A stretch of DNA of 64,000 bases, from the NCBI GenBank assembly GCA_020137815.1, contig CM035352.1:5394001-5458000 (forward strand), in the 5' to 3' direction. The notes beneath the pieces were generated by a model. It saw only the letters and a program-made list of their open reading frames with translations. It made no database searches and was not told the DNA's origin. Positions within the stretch are counted from its first letter, which is position 1. The number at the start of each line of letters is the position of its first letter. The stretch is from Hormiphora californensis (Eukaryota; Animalia; Ctenophora). Positions 59,323-64,000 of the stretch are shown one piece after another. The position numbers were made by a program, and so were the translations under genes.

Positions 59323-60553
59323 ATGGCCGAGGGGGTGAAACAGGGCCGAGCAAGGGGGGAGGGGGGTTACAGACACGATCAGAGTTTTATACAAGGAGTC
59401 AAGAAAAAGACTAACAAAATGTCCTTGCCACACCTACCAGAAAAGAAAGAATCGTTGTGTTGCGTTGGGATGTATTTCCTGTTTTATTTGTACGTTGTTC
59501 TGCCGGATGTGAGAAAACAGAGGCTCCACGATTGATAATTTGGGTTGTACCAACCTAAAAATGGGGTTGAGTGTGTAAATTAAAAAGACACCTAACGCAT
59601 TTTGATTGTGTGCCTCTGGGGGACCAATTCATGTCATTTGATAACTTTGCTCGATCGTGAAAAAGTCAACTTCTACTCACATGAGAAGGGGAGAGAAGAT
59701 GGAGTGCTTGTCGTAGCGGCTAGTTTCCCTAACAGTTAACTAGACACTGACACAGTTGTCCACAGCTGAACTCAAACATGGCATTAATCTTGTCAGTTAG
59801 GAGATCGTGATTCCGCTAAACTATACCCATTGGAACATGAAGGATTGCAGTATAGGATCTAAATGACTTACACGATATCTAAACCCGCCTTCATAGCCCT
59901 TATAACGGTTCTAAAGCGACAGTTTAATAGAAGAAACGAACCCCATAATACATCAAGTATGGTTCCCGTCCGATAAGCGTCTAAATCATTTATGATCCAG
60001 CGAGATAAAATCGAACTCCACTCACTTATGAGTACCAGAATACAAAAGATTGCTACCATCCCCCCCCCACGTCTGATCTCATACAAGGGATTACAGAACG
60101 TGGAAGCAAAGGATCTTTTAAAAGGATAACCATTTCGGATCATAGTGCCCAATTCGATTTGCATTTAACGTGGCCATTCCCAAAATCGTCTCTTGCATCA
60201 GCTGTCTCCTGTGATCCACCAAAGGTACCGTGACAATCAAGCAAAGGAAGAGGACAGTTGGCGAATGTCAAGTTTACGCCAAAAAACACGCGTGGTTTGA
60301 GAAGGCGCCCGTGGTAGTCTTTCGCCACAGAGAGGAGCTTCTGGAGACAGTGGATCCAGAACAAGGCAGGATTCTCCAGTGAATGGGTCTCGTAGGGAGA
60401 AAGAGAGAGAGGAATCCCCTTGGCATGCCTGATGGGTCCGTCAGAAGGGAGTCTTGGCTCCAGGGTGTCAGCAAGATGGTAGAAAGGGCTTGCCAGGGGG
60501 TCCAGGAAGTGGGTTATAACAAGGCAAATATGCGTATCAGGTAAACCCCAGAG

Positions 60554-60997
60554 GTGAGGAAGGTGATTGCTGAACGGAAGGACAAGCTCTTTTTGAAGCT
60601 CCGACAGCACTTTGTTAGGAACAGGTTTTATGTCACTCAGTGTTTCCACTGTCAGCGCTTTGGTCATGTAGCAGGGTCCATCTACTGTCCAAACAAGGAT
60701 AAATCTGCGGTTTGTGCCTTCTGTACAGGGGATCATGATACTAGGACTTGCCAAGCCAAGAAGGATAACGTAGTGAGCAGAATGAAATGTGTCAACTGTG
60801 ATCATGGAGGAAGCAGAGAGGACAAGCGTCATGCTAAGAGTCACCCAGCCTCAAGCAGTATGTGTCCATTCTACATCAATGCTAAGGCTAGACTCATGGA
60901 GAGCACAAGTGGCGTGACTAAGGAAGAAAAAAACGTGTATCAGACGAGGGCATGGGAGGACCTGAGAGGAAAACGACTTGGAAGATTGGCTCACTAA
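60554..60997 (+). CDS. LINE ORF1 C-terminal part with three zinc knuckles; upstream part (~60200-60553) appears frameshifted or truncated
   Basis: CFHCQRFGH..C, CAFCTGDH...C, CVNC...H...C. Confidence 0.8.
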   Translation: MRKVIAERKDKLFLKLRQHFVRNRFYVTQCFHCQRFGHVAGSIYCPNKDKSAVCAFCTGDHDTRTCQAKKDNVVSRMKCVNCDHGGSREDKRHAKSHPASSSMCPFYINAKARLMESTSGVTKEEKNVYQTRAWEDLRGKRLGRLAH

Positions 60998-63915
60998 ATG
61001 TTCACTCAGTTATGAATAAGACGTCAGGTGTAATTACACACTTGGAGGAAAAAGGTTGTGACGTTTGTCTTATTCAGGAAACCTATCTGAAGCAAAGTGA
61101 CACTGCCAAGCTTCAGGAGATCAGAGATTATGGTTGGAACATCTTCTCCTCTCCTAGGGCTGAACGCTCTGGAGGAGGAATTGGGATCTTGTACAGGGAT
61201 GGCGTAAAGATCAAGTACACACCAGTAAAGACTAAGTTTAAATCATTCCAGGTCCAGGAAGCCCTTATCGGTATTGGGCAGGATCTTACAAGGTTGTGCA
61301 ATATCTATAGACCTCCTTACACGGGCAAGGCAAGATATACGGAAGCACAGTTCCTGGATGAGTTTAATGATTATTTGTCCGAGCTAGTCTGCAAAACTGG
61401 ATATCCCATCCTGATGGGCGATTTTAACTTCCAAGTCCACGACACCCAGAACTTCTATGCCAAGAAATTACTGGCACTGCTTGACTCTCTAGGGTTTGAT
61501 CAACTAGTTCCAATACAACCCACCCATGTTCGAGGAGGTACTCTTGATCTCTTGCTGTGCCAAAAAGACAGAGTTTCCAAGGTTCAATCGGTGACAATAT
61601 TTCCGGAAGGGACAACTTCGGACCACTTCATGGTTTTAGCTGATCTGTTGATCGAGACTACTGGAAGTGAATACAAAACCCGTGAACAGATTGACACATA
61701 CAGGGATTTTAGAGCAGTTGATCTGGAACTGTTCAGGCGAGCTTTTGGAGATGTGGATTGGAGTGCGGTGATGGAGTCTAAATCTGCTGAGGATGCTTTG
61801 TCTGCCTATGTGAGGATAATTGAGGATCTTGTGGAGAGGACTGTCCCATTGAAGAGGAAAAAGAAGAAAGGAGCGAAGCTTAGGCCATGGAGAGATAATC
61901 CAGAGGTGCGTGAAGTGCTTCGACTACGAAGGAAAGCCGAAAGGGCCTGGGAAAGCAACAGAACTAGTGTAACGAAGAAGCAATTCAATGACCTCAAGAG
62001 GCAGTTTGGACGTGTGGATAAAGAGGCGAGAATGAAGTATGTGAAAGAGGATCTAGAGGAATCAAGGGATGACCCAAAAGCACTTCAGAGGAAACTCAGT
62101 CGCCTTCTTGGAAACAGTGAAACTTTTCTACCGGAAACAAGTGATAAGAGGAAGCTAGCAGATGACTTTGGTGACTTCTTTGTTGGAAAAGTTGAGAAGA
62201 TTCGGACTACTGTGGTTGAGGAGCAGAACCAGAGGACTATGAGGAATATTTTACATCAGACCCCTGTCTGTTGTTTTGAAAAGTTTAAGGAAGTTTCCCA
62301 AGAGAAACTAATGAGGATTATCAAGGATATGCCTGACAAAACCTGTGACCTTGATCTCATACCTACGTGGTTGGTGAAAGGTTGTATCCATCAGCTAGCA
62401 CCCGTTTTGTGCAAGTTTGTAAACCTGTCGCTCCAGTGTTCCAGCGTTCCCGAAATTCTTCAACAAGCATTGGTTTTTCCTACAATTAAGAACCCCCATG
62501 GGGACAGAGACTCCTTGTCCAACTACCGTCCAGTCTCCAACCTACCGTTTATCTCCAAATTACTGGAAAAAGTTGTCTTAGAGCAGCTGAACTCATACCT
62601 CAATGACAATGAGTTACTGAACAAACATCAATCTGGTTATCGGGTGGGACATAGTTGTGAAACTCTCCTGATGGGTATGTTTGATGACTTACTTCAAGAC
62701 CTTGATGAAGGAAAGGTCACTGGCCTCTTTCTATTAGACATGAGTGCCGCCTTTGATACAGTGGACCATGGGAAGCTGCTAGAGATTCTGGAAGGACGTT
62801 TTGGAGTGAAAGGCTCTGTGCTGGATTGGTTTACCAGCTATCTACAGTGTAGGAATTATCGAGTTAATGTGGAAGGGGAACTTTCGAGGATCATCTCGCT
62901 GGTATGTGGAGTTCCACAGGGGTCATTGCTTGGGCCGGTATTGTTCTTGTTGTATGTCGAGGAGCTCCAGGACTTGGTTAGACCCTTTGGTCTAAGGATT
63001 AAGCTATACGCTGATGACTCGCAGCTCTACATCAGTCTTGTGCCTACTGACGAGGATAATTGGAATGCGGCGAAGGAGAGGATTGAGGAGTGTCTATCAA
63101 GTGTGAAACTATGGATGAGTGAACACTGGCTGAAGTGTAACGAGGCGAAGACAGAGTTTTTACTGTTAGGTAAGAGCAGTGCTCTGGATAAGATGGTGTT
63201 CCAGCCCACAGTAAACTTTGGAGGAGTCGAAATTAGCCCTATGGAATTTACTGGATCTGCAGGGAAGACCCTGGGTGTATTCCTTGATAGTAACATCTCG
63301 ATGGAAAGGCAGATCAACAGTGTTAAGAAACAATGTGGAATGCTTTTAAAGAATTTGTGGCAGGTTAACCGATGTTTGGATAAACCGACCAAGTTGCTTT
63401 TGGTGAAGCAACTCATCATTTCGAGACTTGACTACTGTAATGTCCTTTATGCTGGCTTACCAAAGAAGCTCCTAGACAGCTTACAGCGGGTTCTGAACTC
63501 TTGTGTCAGATTTATGTATGGCCTGTATGGTCACCAGGAGAGTTATATGCCCTACCTGAGTGAAATGCACGTCCTCCCGATTGAACAGCGAGTTAAGTTC
63601 AAGGTTTGCTTAATGGCGTACAAGATTGTACATGGCTTGGCTCCAGTGTACCTACAGGAACAGGTCCCTGTGGATGATGGGCTTCATGTGATCCGGACTA
63701 CCAGAGGAAACGCCCAGCCTGATGGCCTCAAGCTGAGGTATCCTAAACTATCCAGTGTGAATGCGACTTCTAAGTTGAGGAGGAGACGTCCGTCGGTTTA
63801 TCTGCCTGAAATCTGGAATAAGCTTTCCATTGATCTGAGAGCAATTGACTCTGTGGACTCGTTCAAGTCTAAGCTCAAGACTAGTCTCTTCACTGAGGCT
63901 TTTGGTGAATCCTGA
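60952..63915 (+). mobile_element. L2-like non-LTR retrotransposon ORF2 (APE endonuclease + RT), intact 987 aa
   Basis: GSLNV, IQETY, GGGIG, IYRPP, MGDFN, SDH; NYRPVSNLPFISKLLEK, LLDMSAAFDTVDH, GVPQGSLLGP, YADD, ISRLDYCN. Confidence 0.95.
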
Positions 63916-64000
63916 TCTTCCTTGGAGTGTTCTCTCCGTCTTGCCGAGGTTTGTGCTCTAGCTGGTACCGGTTTTATTTTTTCTGTATTTTGGCTCGTGG

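Noticed and set aside
60140-60844. 234-aa minus-strand ORF
   Set aside because: Antisense shadow of LINE ORF1 with no independent motifs.

Overview
Eukaryotic (animal) genomic DNA with short GT-AG introns, abundant CT/GA microsatellites and many non-autonomous DNA transposons. It resembles a compact invertebrate genome, possibly a ctenophore (inference only). Plus-strand genes, in order: an orphan rhodopsin-like GPCR; a tightly packed co-directional run of TTC9-like TPR protein, CDK2AP1, ASCC3, eIF5A, UBE3D, COPZ and TRMT11; then ULK1/2 (Atg1). A single-exon LBP/BPI gene lies on the minus strand, and an L2-like LINE with an intact ORF2 is at the right end. Main leads: (1) the seven-gene run looks like a trans-spliced operon, with very short gaps and an unpaired splice acceptor just before every ATG; (2) eIF5A has an archaeal-type hypusine loop, [10 protein letters not shown]; (3) the inferred ULK1 leader has an ATF4-like uORF layout; (4) the LINE has a -1 slippery site joining ORF1 to ORF2; (5) there are nested and long-foldback transposons. 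Several stretches are visibly low-quality sequence, so frameshifts in ASCC3 and ULK are probably errors. All exon structures were read by eye.
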